A stretch of 38,199 nt of DNA, from assembly GCA_046075565.1 (NCBI GenBank), contig JBJTQJ010000060.1, positions 1 through 38,199 on the forward strand. Direction: 5' to 3'. The translations under genes were made by a program, and so were the position numbers. Below the pieces are notes generated by a model that saw only the letters and a program-made list of their open reading frames with translations, ran no database searches and was not told the origin of the DNA. Of the stretch, positions 1 through 10,001 are shown piece by piece. Source of the DNA: Verrucomicrobiales bacterium (lineage in GTDB: Bacteria > Verrucomicrobiota > Verrucomicrobiia > Verrucomicrobiales > SLCJ01). How positions within the stretch are numbered: the stretch's first letter is position 1; each line of letters starts with the position of its first letter.

Positions 1-2
1 CG

Positions 3-653
3 GGCGACTTCAAACAAGCCGTCGAACTGCGGCTTCCATGGAAACCGACCGGCGTGTCAGCTCCACCGTCGGTAAATTTGCCCGAAGGAGCGACGGAGGC
101 GATCTACCCGCTCGATGCGGAAGCCGCCGCCGCGATTGGCCAACACCAGCTTGTCGTCACCGCCCACTGGGGAGCAGGCACCACCGCCGCGAGCGGATTC
201 ATTCCCCTCGTGGTGGAGGAACCCGCTGTCCGGGGTAACATCCAGATGTTAGCGGTTTCCACCGGGGCCAGTGGGTCACTGCAGGTCGCGCTTGAGCACG
301 TCAAGCCATTCAATGGAGAAGCCGAACTGCAACTGGTCGGCTTGCCTCCCGGCATCGAAGCGAGCCCGGTGAAATTTTCTGCCGGTCAAGCTGCGGCCGT
401 GGTGAATGTGAAAGCGAATGCCGACGCCCCCGTGGGTAAACATGCGACCTTGTTCTGCCGGGTCGCCGTTCCCGGCGATGGTGGTTCCGTGATCCACCGT
501 CTCGGTGCCGGAGGTGTGCTCCGTATCGACAAACCATCCGCAGCCGTGGCGGCCGCACCGCCACCAGCACCCGCGGCCGCCGCCAAAGCGGGAACCGAAG
601 CCCCCAAGCCCGTCAGCCGCCTCGAACAACTGCGGCAGCGCGCCAAACCATGA
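3..653 (+). CDS. 5'-truncated secreted/periplasmic Ig-like (PPC-type) protein of a PVC DUF1549 cluster, C-terminal part
   Basis: Frame open from the window edge (GDFKQAVELRLPWKPTGVS...) to TGA at 653. Beta-rich segments (LQLVGLPPGI, GGVLRID) and a C-terminal SRLEQLRQ tail resemble genes that precede DUF1549/WD40 genes. Confidence 0.6.
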   Translation, partial: GDFKQAVELRLPWKPTGVSAPPSVNLPEGATEAIYPLDAEAAAAIGQHQLVVTAHWGAGTTAASGFIPLVVEEPAVRGNIQMLAVSTGASGSLQVALEHVKPFNGEAELQLVGLPPGIEASPVKFSAGQAAAVVNVKANADAPVGKHATLFCRVAVPGDGGSVIHRLGAGGVLRIDKPSAAVAAAPPPAPAAAAKAGTEAPKPVSRLEQLRQRAKP

Positions 654-669
654 TCCCGGTGTGCGAATA

Positions 670-3492
670 ATGCTGACTCTAACAAACCACATGCAAGCCA
701 ACCGTCGCAAGAGCGCCAAACTCTTGCCTCTTTCCGTCTTGCTCTCATTTGCAACGCCATCTACCGCTTCGGATTGGGAAGCTGTCGAGGAAGTGTTGGC
801 CACGCGCTGTGTCGAATGTCATGGAGCGACTGAAGCCAAAGGCGGCCTGCGTATGCACACCGCCGCCCTCCTTCGCGTCGGTGGGGACAGCGGCGCATTG
901 GCCGACGCAGCCGATGCAACCAAGTCCCTGTTGCTCGAAAGAATTCGCCTGCCCGACGATGACGACGAGCGGATGCCCCCGGCGGGGAAGAAAAGCCGTC
1001 CTCGTTTGAGCGAAGCGGAAATCGCCACGCTCGACAAATGGGTTCATGAGGGATTGCCGTGGTCGGATGGTCGAGTGATCGCTCCCCGCGAACCGGGCGA
1101 ACGCTCCGCCCTCGCCGCCCTGCCCATCAAGTCGGTGGGGATTTTTCCAGCATCCATCCAACTCGAACATCCGGAGGATCGACAGACCATCACGGTGCTG
1201 GCAACGCTGGAAGACGGAACCCAGCGGGACCTGACCGATGTCGCCGAGTTTTCAATGGCAGCGGCAGAAAATCCCATCGCCCGAATCGAAGGAAATGAAC
1301 TGCGCCCGCTGCGTGATGGCGAAAGCGAATTGCTCGTTCGATTCGCCGGAAAAGAATCACGCGCCAAAGTCGTGGCCAGCCGGATGGGTAGTCCGCGAGG
1401 CCTGCATTTCGCCTCGGACGTCTTGCCGGTGCTCACGCGTTTCGGATGCAATTCCGGTGGTTGCCATGGCTCCGCGCGAGGCCAAGACGGCTTCCATCTC
1501 AGTCTGTTCGGATTCGATCCGCAGGCGGATTACAATTCATTGACTCGCCAAATGATCGGGCGCCGCATCAATAGCGCTTCGCCGGAAGAAAGTTTGCTAC
1601 TCACAAAATCGGTGGGAGCGGCCCCGCATACCGGTGGCACGCGCTTCGGCACCGGCGACGAAGCCTACCGTGTCCTGAGGGAATGGATTGCCATGGGCGC
1701 GTCACCCGACCCGGAAAACGCCCCCGAGCCAATCTCCATCAGCCTCGAGCCGGGCAAACTTCTCCTCGCCGGCGAGAACCGTAAAGTGCCCTTGCGGGTG
1801 CGCGCTCGTTATAAGGACGGCTCCGATCGCGACGTGACGAAGTTCGCCGTCTTTTCTTCCTCCAACTCCGATGCCGTGGCCATCAATGAACACGGTGTGC
1901 TCTCCAGCCGCCGTCGGGGTGAATCATTTGTCATGGCGCGATTCCACACTTTCACCGAGGGCGTGGAAGTGATCGTGATTCCGGAGAACACGCCCTACCA
2001 ACGTGTGACCGAAGCTGGTGCCAATCAAATCGATCAATGGGTCGGTGATAAACTCGAGCGCCTGCGTATCACGCCGTCACCTGTTGCTTCTGATGCCGAG
2101 TTTCTCCGCCGGGTCACCCTCGATATCAACGGCCGCTTGCCGACGCTCGAGGAACAAGATGCCTTCCTCGCCAGCACGGATCCGGACAAACGTGCGAAGT
2201 GGATCGATGAACTGCTGGTCCGCCCGGAGTTCACCGAAATATGGGTGATGCGATTCGCCGAGTTATTGCAAATCCGCACGAACGACCAGCTCGGTTTGAG
2301 CTACAAGGCGACCCTGCTTTACTTCAATTGGCTCCAGGAACGCATTGCCCGCAACATGCCGCTCGATCAGATCGCCCGCGAGTTGCTGACTTCAAGTGGC
2401 GGCACCTTCGCCAATCCCGCCGCAAACTTCTATCAGGGCGAGATGGACATGCTCAAATTCTCCGAGAATGTGGCCCAGGCTTTCCTCGGCACCCGCCTGC
2501 AATGCGCCCAATGCCATAACCATCCCTTCGATCGCTGGACGATGGATGACTACTATGGCTGGGCCGCATTCTTCAGCCAGGTTGGTAAAAAGAAAGGCGA
2601 TGATCCGCGCGAGACGGTGGTCTTCAACCGCGCCAGCGGCGGCGTCCAACATCCCGTAGGCAAACGCGATGTGGCGCCGAAATTCCTCGGCGGGCAGACA
2701 CCGGATCTCCAGGGCCGGGATCGCCGCGCCGCTCTTGCCGATTGGTTGACTTCGCCCGAGAACCCATGGTTCTCCCGCAATATCGCCAATATCGTGTGGT
2801 CGCATTTCTTCGGTGTCGGCATCGTCGAACCGGTCGATGACATGCGCCTGAGCAACCCGCCCTCGAATCCCGAATTGCTCGACGGTCTCGCCGCCCGTTT
2901 GCGGGGATCGAAATATGATCTGCGTGACCTCGTGCGTCTGATCTGCAATTCGCGCGCCTACCAGCGTGTGACCATTCCCAACGAGACCAACGAACTCGAC
3001 GAGCGGAATTTCTCGCGTTCCCTGGTGCGCCGCTTGCGTGCGGAGGTCCTGCAAGACGTGCTCGCCGGGCAAACCGGCACCCGCAACAAATTCAAGGGAC
3101 TGCCGCTGGGAGCGCGAGCCGTCCAGATCGCCGATGGCAATGTGAGCAATTATTTCCTCACCACCTTCGGACGCGCCACCCGCGCCACCGTTTGCTCGTG
3201 CGAGGTGAAACTCGAACCGAATCTTTCGCAGGCCCTGCACCTCATCAATGGCGAGATGACCCACCAGCGTGTGCGCCAAGGCGGTTTGATTGCCGCGTGG
3301 ATGAAGGAAGGAAAATCACCCGCCGAGATTGTGAATCTCGTTTACCGCCGTGCCCTCTGCCGCCCGGCCACCGAACAGGAATCGGCCGCTTTACTCAAAG
3401 CCTTGCCCGAAAAACCCGAGGAGCGCCGCCCCTATCTCGAGGACGTCTTCTGGGCCGTGCTCAATTCGAAGGAATTCGTCTTCAACCACTGA
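670..3492 (+). CDS. DUF1549/DUF1553 (PSD1) protein with N-terminal planctomycete cytochrome c domain and Ig-like domains
   Basis: Signal-like N-terminus; CVECH haem motif then MPP; GCNSGGCHG; FLRRVTLDINGRLPT; LQCAQCHNHPFDRW; GIVEPVDD; PSNPELLD; C-terminal EFVFNH. Start at ATG 670 or 691 rather than the ORF-track 505. Confidence 0.85.
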   Translation: MLTLTNHMQANRRKSAKLLPLSVLLSFATPSTASDWEAVEEVLATRCVECHGATEAKGGLRMHTAALLRVGGDSGALADAADATKSLLLERIRLPDDDDERMPPAGKKSRPRLSEAEIATLDKWVHEGLPWSDGRVIAPREPGERSALAALPIKSVGIFPASIQLEHPEDRQTITVLATLEDGTQRDLTDVAEFSMAAAENPIARIEGNELRPLRDGESELLVRFAGKESRAKVVASRMGSPRGLHFASDVLPVLTRFGCNSGGCHGSARGQDGFHLSLFGFDPQADYNSLTRQMIGRRINSASPEESLLLTKSVGAAPHTGGTRFGTGDEAYRVLREWIAMGASPDPENAPEPISISLEPGKLLLAGENRKVPLRVRARYKDGSDRDVTKFAVFSSSNSDAVAINEHGVLSSRRRGESFVMARFHTFTEGVEVIVIPENTPYQRVTEAGANQIDQWVGDKLERLRITPSPVASDAEFLRRVTLDINGRLPTLEEQDAFLASTDPDKRAKWIDELLVRPEFTEIWVMRFAELLQIRTNDQLGLSYKATLLYFNWLQERIARNMPLDQIARELLTSSGGTFANPAANFYQGEMDMLKFSENVAQAFLGTRLQCAQCHNHPFDRWTMDDYYGWAAFFSQVGKKKGDDPRETVVFNRASGGVQHPVGKRDVAPKFLGGQTPDLQGRDRRAALADWLTSPENPWFSRNIANIVWSHFFGVGIVEPVDDMRLSNPPSNPELLDGLAARLRGSKYDLRDLVRLICNSRAYQRVTIPNETNELDERNFSRSLVRRLRAEVLQDVLAGQTGTRNKFKGLPLGARAVQIADGNVSNYFLTTFGRATRATVCSCEVKLEPNLSQALHLINGEMTHQRVRQGGLIAAWMKEGKSPAEIVNLVYRRALCRPATEQESAALLKALPEKPEERRPYLEDVFWAVLNSKEFVFNH

Positions 3493-3498
3493 TCCACC

Positions 3499-6063
3499 GT
3501 GAGCTTCCGCCACCACGTAATCTTTTCTTTCTCCGTTGCGTTCGGATTGTTCGCCGCGGATCTCGGGGCCGCTGAGGAAAAGATTACTTTTAATGATCAT
3601 GTGCAGAACGCGCTCGCCAATGCTTGTGCGGGTTGCCACAATCCCGATAAGAAAAAGGGCGGACTCGATCTGACCAGCGCCGCTGCGGTGCTCGCCGGTG
3701 GCAGCGGCGGAGCGGTCGCCGAACCCGGCAATCCCGGTGGCAGCAGATTGTTAAAAATCATCAAGCAGGAGATGGAGCCGAAAATGCCGCCCGAGGGCCC
3801 GCCGCTTGATGCCGCCGCCGTGGCCATCGTCGAGAAATGGATCGCCGGCGGAATGCCCGCGAGCAAGGACAGCAAACCGGCGGCGAAAAAATCCGGACCG
3901 GATCTCGGCTTTACCGCCAAAGCCGGCAAGCCCGATGGTCCCGTGGCTATGCCGGAATGGCTGCCCATCGAGGCCATCCGCACCGTGGGGCGCCAAGGAC
4001 CGGTGGTGGCTTTGGCGGCTTCACCATGGGCTCCCCTCTTGGCGGTCGGTGGCGAGCGGCAGATCCAGTTTATCCATCTCGCCGATGGCATGCCCTTGGG
4101 TGTACTCGACTTTCCCGAAGGCGGGCCTTACGTGCTACGTTTCAGCTCCGATGGCCGGTGGTTGTTGGCCGCCGGTGGTATCGGCGCGAAGTCCGGGCGT
4201 GTCGTCGTTTTCGAAGTGACCACCGGCCGCCGCCGCATGGAATTGGGCCGCGAATCCGATGTCGTGCTCGCCGCCGACCTGAGCCCCGACCTTTCTCGCT
4301 TCGTGCTTGGTGGTTCATCCCGCAAGGTGAAACTCTACCAACCGGGAACTGACGACGCCATCGGGGAGATCAAGAAGCACACCGATTGGCTGACTGCTTC
4401 CTCTTACAGCCCGGACGGCGTGCTTTTCGCCACCGGTGATCGGAGCGGAGGCGTCCAAGTGTGGGAATCCGATGCCCAAGCCGAATTCCACTCGTTGCGC
4501 GGCCACGAAAAAGCCATCACCGCCACGGCCTGGCGACCGGATGGCAACCTGCTTGCCACCGCCTCCGAAGACGGGACCATCCGTTTGTGGGACATGAACT
4601 CCGGCAACCAGATCAAAAGTTTTCCCGCCCACGGCAATGGCGTGCTCGACCTCTCGTGGTCGCAGGATGGCCGGATGCTCTCCTGCGGGCGCGACCGCAA
4701 AACCAAAATCTGGAAAAGCGACGGCGGTCTGATCAAAGAATGGGTCGCGGGCGAGGATGCCATCACGAAGGCGGTTTTCTCTCATGATGGCCAAGCCGTG
4801 ATCACCGGCGACTTCACCGGCAAGGTCGTCGTCTGGACGGTGAACGGCGAGAGACGTATGGAGTTTACTCCCAATCTACCCTTGTTGGCCGAACGAACAA
4901 AATCCGATCAGGAAAAGCTCGTTGGCGCAAAAGCGGAACAAACAAAAGCCGCCGAAGCCCTTCTCGCTCTCGAAGTAGCCCGCCAACCACTGATCGCCCA
5001 ACGCGACCAGGCTTCCGCCCGCGTCAAGGAATTGGAGAAAACCATCTCCGCGGGGAGCACTGCGGTCGGTGAAAAACAAGCGGCGGCGGAGAAGATAAAA
5101 GGTGAATTGGCCGCCAGCGAAGCGGAAATCGCCCGCCTCGACGCCGAACAAAAAGCCACCCGCGCCCGCATCGATGAATTGAACCAACGTGCCGGTGTCT
5201 TGGCCAAAGAGCAAAATGACGTCCGCGCGCTAGTGCAGACTCTCACCCAGGCACGTGATGCGGCGCGTCAAACCCTCGACAAAGCCGTAGCCGTGCGTGA
5301 TGCAGCACCTGACAAACCCGAACTCGCCGAAGCCGCCCGTCTTGCGGAACAAGCGCATGCGAAGGCCGATGCTGACCTGCAACCCGTGGTCGCGCGCGAA
5401 GCCGCACTGCCTGCCGAAGTTGAAGCTGTCCGCGCAGAACTTGCCGCCTTGCAACCAAAACACGACGCGGAAATCGCCGGACTGGCCAAGCGCCAGGAGG
5501 ATCTCAACCCCTTGCGCAAGAGTCGCGATGAAATAAACCAGGCCGCCGACGAACTCTCGAAATCCATCGCGGCTGCCGATAACGAACTGAAACAGACCCG
5601 CGATCGGATCACCGAATCGGAAAAAGCGATCTCCGCCAAAAGCAAAGCCATCGCCGAAGCCACCGCCGCCCGCGATCAATCCACCGCCCGTGTCGCTGCC
5701 ATGGAATCCCGGCTGCGGCGCTGGCAGGCCGAACCTGTTCTGCTTGAAGTCCGCTCTGCACAAAAACACGTGTGGGATGGCGAGTCGGCGCTGGAACAAG
5801 CCAAAGCCGCACTGAACGAAGCCTCCGCCCGCATCGAAAAAGAAACCCTGCGCCGCGATGCCGCCCGCGATGCCGTTCTAAAAGGCCTGCCGATGGCCGA
5901 GGCCCGGCTTTTCCTCGCCCAGTCCGGCCTGAATTTCGCCCGTCGCGTCCAGACTACCCGCACCGCCACCGCCGACCGCCTCACCAACGAACTGCAGTCG
6001 CGCAAGGCCGCGATGGAAAAGCTGAAAGCGAAGTTTGCGTCAGGGAGCATCAAATCACCCTGA
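3499..6063 (+). CDS. Planctomycete cytochrome c domain + WD40 propeller + long coiled-coil protein
   Basis: Signal peptide; CAGCH motif; WD40 repeats (GHEKAITATAWRPDGNLLATASEDGTIRLWD); about 390 aa Ala/Glu/Lys-rich coiled coil at the C-terminus. Confidence 0.85.
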   Translation: MSFRHHVIFSFSVAFGLFAADLGAAEEKITFNDHVQNALANACAGCHNPDKKKGGLDLTSAAAVLAGGSGGAVAEPGNPGGSRLLKIIKQEMEPKMPPEGPPLDAAAVAIVEKWIAGGMPASKDSKPAAKKSGPDLGFTAKAGKPDGPVAMPEWLPIEAIRTVGRQGPVVALAASPWAPLLAVGGERQIQFIHLADGMPLGVLDFPEGGPYVLRFSSDGRWLLAAGGIGAKSGRVVVFEVTTGRRRMELGRESDVVLAADLSPDLSRFVLGGSSRKVKLYQPGTDDAIGEIKKHTDWLTASSYSPDGVLFATGDRSGGVQVWESDAQAEFHSLRGHEKAITATAWRPDGNLLATASEDGTIRLWDMNSGNQIKSFPAHGNGVLDLSWSQDGRMLSCGRDRKTKIWKSDGGLIKEWVAGEDAITKAVFSHDGQAVITGDFTGKVVVWTVNGERRMEFTPNLPLLAERTKSDQEKLVGAKAEQTKAAEALLALEVARQPLIAQRDQASARVKELEKTISAGSTAVGEKQAAAEKIKGELAASEAEIARLDAEQKATRARIDELNQRAGVLAKEQNDVRALVQTLTQARDAARQTLDKAVAVRDAAPDKPELAEAARLAEQAHAKADADLQPVVAREAALPAEVEAVRAELAALQPKHDAEIAGLAKRQEDLNPLRKSRDEINQAADELSKSIAAADNELKQTRDRITESEKAISAKSKAIAEATAARDQSTARVAAMESRLRRWQAEPVLLEVRSAQKHVWDGESALEQAKAALNEASARIEKETLRRDAARDAVLKGLPMAEARLFLAQSGLNFARRVQTTRTATADRLTNELQSRKAAMEKLKAKFASGSIKSP

Positions 6064-6172
6064 GTCCGGATGAGGCATTGCGCCCTCTCACGGCCGTCCG
6101 GGCACGCGGATTTGATGAACACTTTTGTCTTTCCCGACCGTAGCCTCGGGGAATCCCCAAGTCCCAGACCCG

Positions 6173-7384
6173 ATGAAAACACGAATCCATCCGCTTATCC
6201 TTGCTCTCACCCCGCTCTTGCTGGCGTTCCAACTCCAGGCCAAGCCATTGCAGGTCTATATTCTCGCCGGCCAATCAAACATGCAAGGCCACGCCAAGAT
6301 CAGCACGATGGAGCACATTGGCATGGACCCGGCAACCAAACCCATGCTCGAGGAGATGCTCGGGGCGGACGGGAAACCGAAGGTATGCCAGCGGGTATGG
6401 ATTTCCTCGATTGGGTGTGCGAAAGACAACACGACCGAACAAACGGGCCAACTCACCGCCGGTTTCGGAGCCACGACCGAGAAGCTTGGACCGGAGTTCA
6501 CCTTCGGGCTCACCATGGAAAAGTCCACGGATGCGTCCATCCTCTTGATCAAGGCTTCGTGGGGAGGAAAAAGCCTGAATACCGACTTCCGCTCGCCGAG
6601 TGCTGGGCCGTATCCATTCAACGAATCCCAGCTCGCAAGTTTTGCCAAGCAGGGCAAGGACCCCGCCGCCATGCAAGCCGAAAAGGACAAGGCCACCGGC
6701 GTTTACTATCGGCTCATGATCGAGCACGTGAAGAAGGTGCTCGCCGATCCGAAGCGTGTGGTGCCGGATTACAATGCCGCGCAGGGCTACGAATTGGCGG
6801 GTTTCGTTTGGTTCCAGGGATGGAATGATATGGTGGACAACGGCACGTATCCAACCCGCGACCAACCCGGCGGCTATGATGCCTACAGCACGGCTCTGGC
6901 ACATTTTATCCGAGACGTGCGCAAGGATCTCGAAGCTCCGGAACTCCCGTTTGTCATCGGCGTGCTCGGGGTTGGCGGTCCGACCTCGGAATACGGGCCG
7001 GACCAGCAGCGCTACAAGGGCACTCACCAGAATTTCCGCGACGCCATGGCAGCTCCGGCGTCCTTGCCGGAGTTCAAAGGCAACGTGACCGCCGTGCGCA
7101 CGGAAAAGTTCTGGGATCTCGAATTGACGAAGGCGAAAGCCAAGGAAAACCAGATCAAACAGAAGGCCAAGAAGCTCGCAAACGATGCCAAAATGAAACC
7201 GGCCGAAGAAAAGGCCGCGCTGGAAAAGATGCTGGCAGAAGGCATGACCGAACGCGAGCGCATGATTCTCGAAAAGGGCATTTCCAATGCCGAGTTCCAC
7301 TACCTTGGTTCGGCGAAAATCCTTGGGGGAATTGGAAAAGGATTCGCCAATGCAATGATTGATCTCCAGAATACCAAAGGATAA
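6173..7384 (+). CDS. Secreted sialate O-acetylesterase-like (SASA/CE6-type SGNH) carbohydrate esterase
   Basis: ILAGQSNMQG, GPEFTFG, IKASWGGKSL, GFVWFQGWND and late FHYLG motifs; signal peptide MKTRIHPLILALTPLLLAFQLQA. Confidence 0.85.
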   Translation: MKTRIHPLILALTPLLLAFQLQAKPLQVYILAGQSNMQGHAKISTMEHIGMDPATKPMLEEMLGADGKPKVCQRVWISSIGCAKDNTTEQTGQLTAGFGATTEKLGPEFTFGLTMEKSTDASILLIKASWGGKSLNTDFRSPSAGPYPFNESQLASFAKQGKDPAAMQAEKDKATGVYYRLMIEHVKKVLADPKRVVPDYNAAQGYELAGFVWFQGWNDMVDNGTYPTRDQPGGYDAYSTALAHFIRDVRKDLEAPELPFVIGVLGVGGPTSEYGPDQQRYKGTHQNFRDAMAAPASLPEFKGNVTAVRTEKFWDLELTKAKAKENQIKQKAKKLANDAKMKPAEEKAALEKMLAEGMTERERMILEKGISNAEFHYLGSAKILGGIGKGFANAMIDLQNTKG

Positions 7385-7388
7385 AGCC

Positions 7389-9770
7389 ATGAAGATTCAC
7401 CTCGCGTCCTTGACGGCCATTGCCCTTCTCGCCACCTCCGGAGCACTTCCTGCGGCGGCAAAGATCAAATCCATCCCCAATCCCGATTTCACCAAAGGTG
7501 AAAAAATCCCCGAGGGCGCGAAACATGACTGGAATCTCGGGGCCACCGGCGCCCGGGGCTGGATGTATGTCGAGAAGATGGTGACGAACCAGGCCCGGCA
7601 GATTGCCATCACCAAGGTGGAGAAGGGAACTCCCGCGGAAGGTGTGCTCGCGACGGGTGATGTGATCCTCGGTGTTGGAGGCAAGCCGTTTTCCCACGAT
7701 CCTCGCACCGAATTCGGCAGGGCTTTGACCATCGCCGAATCGGAAACGGGTGGAGGCAACCTCAAGCTCACACGCTGGCGCGATGGTAAAACGGAACAGG
7801 TGGTGGTGAAGCTTCCTGTCTTGGGAACCTACAGCGCCACTGCACCCTACAACTGCCCGAAGTCGTCGCGTATCCTCGTGCAAGGCTGCCGGGATCTTGC
7901 CGGACGAATGGCGGATCCCAATTACGAAAAGAAAACAAATCCGATCCCGCGTTCGCTCAATGCCCTCGCGCTGTTGGCCAGCGGCGAACCGGACTATCTT
8001 CCATTGCTCAAGAAGGAGGCGGAGTGGGCGGGAAATTTTTCCGCCGAATCCATGGCCACCTGGTATTACGGCTACGTCATGATGTTCCTGGCCGAATACA
8101 AAATGGCCACCGGCGATGAATCGGTCATGCCCGGCTTGAAACGTCTGGCGCTGGAGGCGGCCCGCGGACAAAGCGCGGTGGGCTCGTGGGGGCACAAGTT
8201 CGCCCGTCCCGACGGAAGGCTTTTCGGCTACGGCATGATGAACGCCCCCGGGGTGCCTCTCACTTCGGCGATGGCCATGGCACGTATGGCCGGCGTAAAG
8301 GATCCCGCTCTCGATCTTGCCATCGAACGCAGCGCGAAGTTGCTGCGTTTCTATATCGGCAAGGGAGCCATCCCGTATGGAGACCATCACCCGTGGATAC
8401 AAACGCACGAGGACAATGGCAAATGCGGCATGGTCGCCGTCATGTTCAACCTGATCGACGAACCGAAGGGCGCGGAGTTCTTCTCCCGGATGTCCGTTGC
8501 CTCGCACGGATCGGAACGGGATTGCGGTCATACCGGCAATTTCTTCAATGTGCTCTGGGCAACTCCGGGAGTGAATCTTTCGGGTTCTCAGGCCTCGGGT
8601 GCATGGATGAACGAGTTCGGCGCTTGGTATTTTGATCTGGCTCGCGGAGCGACTGGAAACTTCGTTCATCTGGGCCCACCGGAGATCGGCAATGATGCTT
8701 ACGCCGGTTGGGATGCCAGCGGAGCCTACCTTCTGGCCTATGCCATGCCCTTGAAGAAGATTGTGCTCACCGGAAAAAAAGCCAGCACCGCCCCGCAATT
8801 GGATGCCAAGACAGCCGAGGCTTTGATCCGCGATGGCCGGGGATGGAACAACCGCGATCGCACCAGCGCCTACGACATGCTCAATCAGGAACAACTCTTG
8901 GAGATGCTTGGCAGCTGGTCTCCAACCGTGCGTGAACGCGCCGCCTCGGCCCTCAGCCGCCGCAAAGAAGGGCCACCAGTTGATGCGTTGGTGAAAATGC
9001 TCGCTTCACCACGCCTCGAGGCGAGATATGGAGCCTGCGACGCGCTGCTCGCGCTCAAAGCCGCCGCTGCTCCCGCCGTGCCGGAGTTGGTCAAGCTTCT
9101 GGACCACCAGGACCTCTGGATGCGTGTGAAGGCTGCGGAGACCCTCGCCGGCATTGGTGAACCAGGCGTGTCCTCGCTGCCCATCCTTCTGAAGCGGTTG
9201 GCCCAAACTCCCGCCGCCGATGACCCGCGCGGCATGGAGCAACGTTACCTCTGCTTCAATGTCTTCGGCATAATGCTGAAAAAATCCATCGATGGCGTGG
9301 ACCGCGCACTGTTAGGCGAGGCCGTGGCGGCAGGGCTCCAGAACCAGGACGGAAGGGCTCGCGGATCGATCGGCGGAATTTACGGGCAATTGACCTACGA
9401 GGAGATCAAACCATTGCTCCCTGCCATCCGCCGAGCCATCGCCGAACCGGCTCCGAGCGGTGAAATGTTCGCGGCCGGCATCCGCCTCGACGGTCTCGAC
9501 ATTTTGGCCAAACATCGAATCAAGGAAGGCATGGAACTGTGCTTCCATGTCATGGAACTCGATCAATGGGGCAAGGGAAACCGGGTTCCCCGTTGCCTTA
9601 AGGCCCTCGCCGCCTACGGAGCCGCCGCCAAGCCCATGTTACCTCGTCTGCGTGAGCTCGAGAAGGAGATGGTCGCCAACGGAATGACCAAAGAGCTGCC
9701 TGTGCTCGCCGAAACAATCAAGAAAATCGAGAACGCCACGGGCGACGCCGAGCTGCGGACCCTTGAGTAA
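7389..9770 (+). CDS. Secreted DUF6288-like protein (PDZ-like + alpha-helical barrel + HEAT repeats)
   Basis: Signal peptide; DWNLGATGARGW start; PDZ-like ITKVEKGTPAEGVLATGDVILGV; HEAT-like repeats (AVPELVKLLDHQDLWMRVKAAETL). Begins 4 bp after the esterase stop. Confidence 0.65.
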   Translation: MKIHLASLTAIALLATSGALPAAAKIKSIPNPDFTKGEKIPEGAKHDWNLGATGARGWMYVEKMVTNQARQIAITKVEKGTPAEGVLATGDVILGVGGKPFSHDPRTEFGRALTIAESETGGGNLKLTRWRDGKTEQVVVKLPVLGTYSATAPYNCPKSSRILVQGCRDLAGRMADPNYEKKTNPIPRSLNALALLASGEPDYLPLLKKEAEWAGNFSAESMATWYYGYVMMFLAEYKMATGDESVMPGLKRLALEAARGQSAVGSWGHKFARPDGRLFGYGMMNAPGVPLTSAMAMARMAGVKDPALDLAIERSAKLLRFYIGKGAIPYGDHHPWIQTHEDNGKCGMVAVMFNLIDEPKGAEFFSRMSVASHGSERDCGHTGNFFNVLWATPGVNLSGSQASGAWMNEFGAWYFDLARGATGNFVHLGPPEIGNDAYAGWDASGAYLLAYAMPLKKIVLTGKKASTAPQLDAKTAEALIRDGRGWNNRDRTSAYDMLNQEQLLEMLGSWSPTVRERAASALSRRKEGPPVDALVKMLASPRLEARYGACDALLALKAAAAPAVPELVKLLDHQDLWMRVKAAETLAGIGEPGVSSLPILLKRLAQTPAADDPRGMEQRYLCFNVFGIMLKKSIDGVDRALLGEAVAAGLQNQDGRARGSIGGIYGQLTYEEIKPLLPAIRRAIAEPAPSGEMFAAGIRLDGLDILAKHRIKEGMELCFHVMELDQWGKGNRVPRCLKALAAYGAAAKPMLPRLRELEKEMVANGMTKELPVLAETIKKIENATGDAELRTLE

Positions 9771-9780
9771 GCGCAATGTT

Positions 9781-9950
9781 GCCGCTCTCGGGGGTGAAGC
9801 CACGTCGCCCCAAGAGCTGGGAAGAATCCCAGCAATCCAAAAGCCTGCGGCGCCCAGGGGGCGAAGCCCTAGTGGACATACACGCGGTTGAACTCGAACC
9901 GCCGCAGGCTCTGGAATGCGGTGGTTCCTCCACCGCTTTGGGGGTGGAGC
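9781..9950. repeat. Distal REP/REPIN copy of the RAYT-associated family
   Basis: REP-B GCTGGGAAGAATCCCAGCAATCC at 9816-9838 and REP-A GGAATGCGGTGGTTCCTCCACCGC at 9913-9936, near-identical to the repeats at 22327-23336. Lies between convergent genes. Confidence 0.9.
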
Positions 9951-10001
9951 CACCAACCCAATCTCCTCACATCAACACATTCACCTCCTCTTTCTCCCGT
10001 C

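Noticed and set aside
505-669. ORF-track 5' extensions (505; also 12598, 15599, 17468, 34540)
   Set aside because: They overlap neighbouring genes or precede clear signal peptides or likelier starts; downstream ATGs were chosen.
7155-8894. Long antisense ORFs (also 2392-3279, 6275-7390, 23214-24449, 26489-27625, 34704-35654)
   Set aside because: Shadow frames of well-supported genes in GC-rich DNA, with no recognisable motifs.
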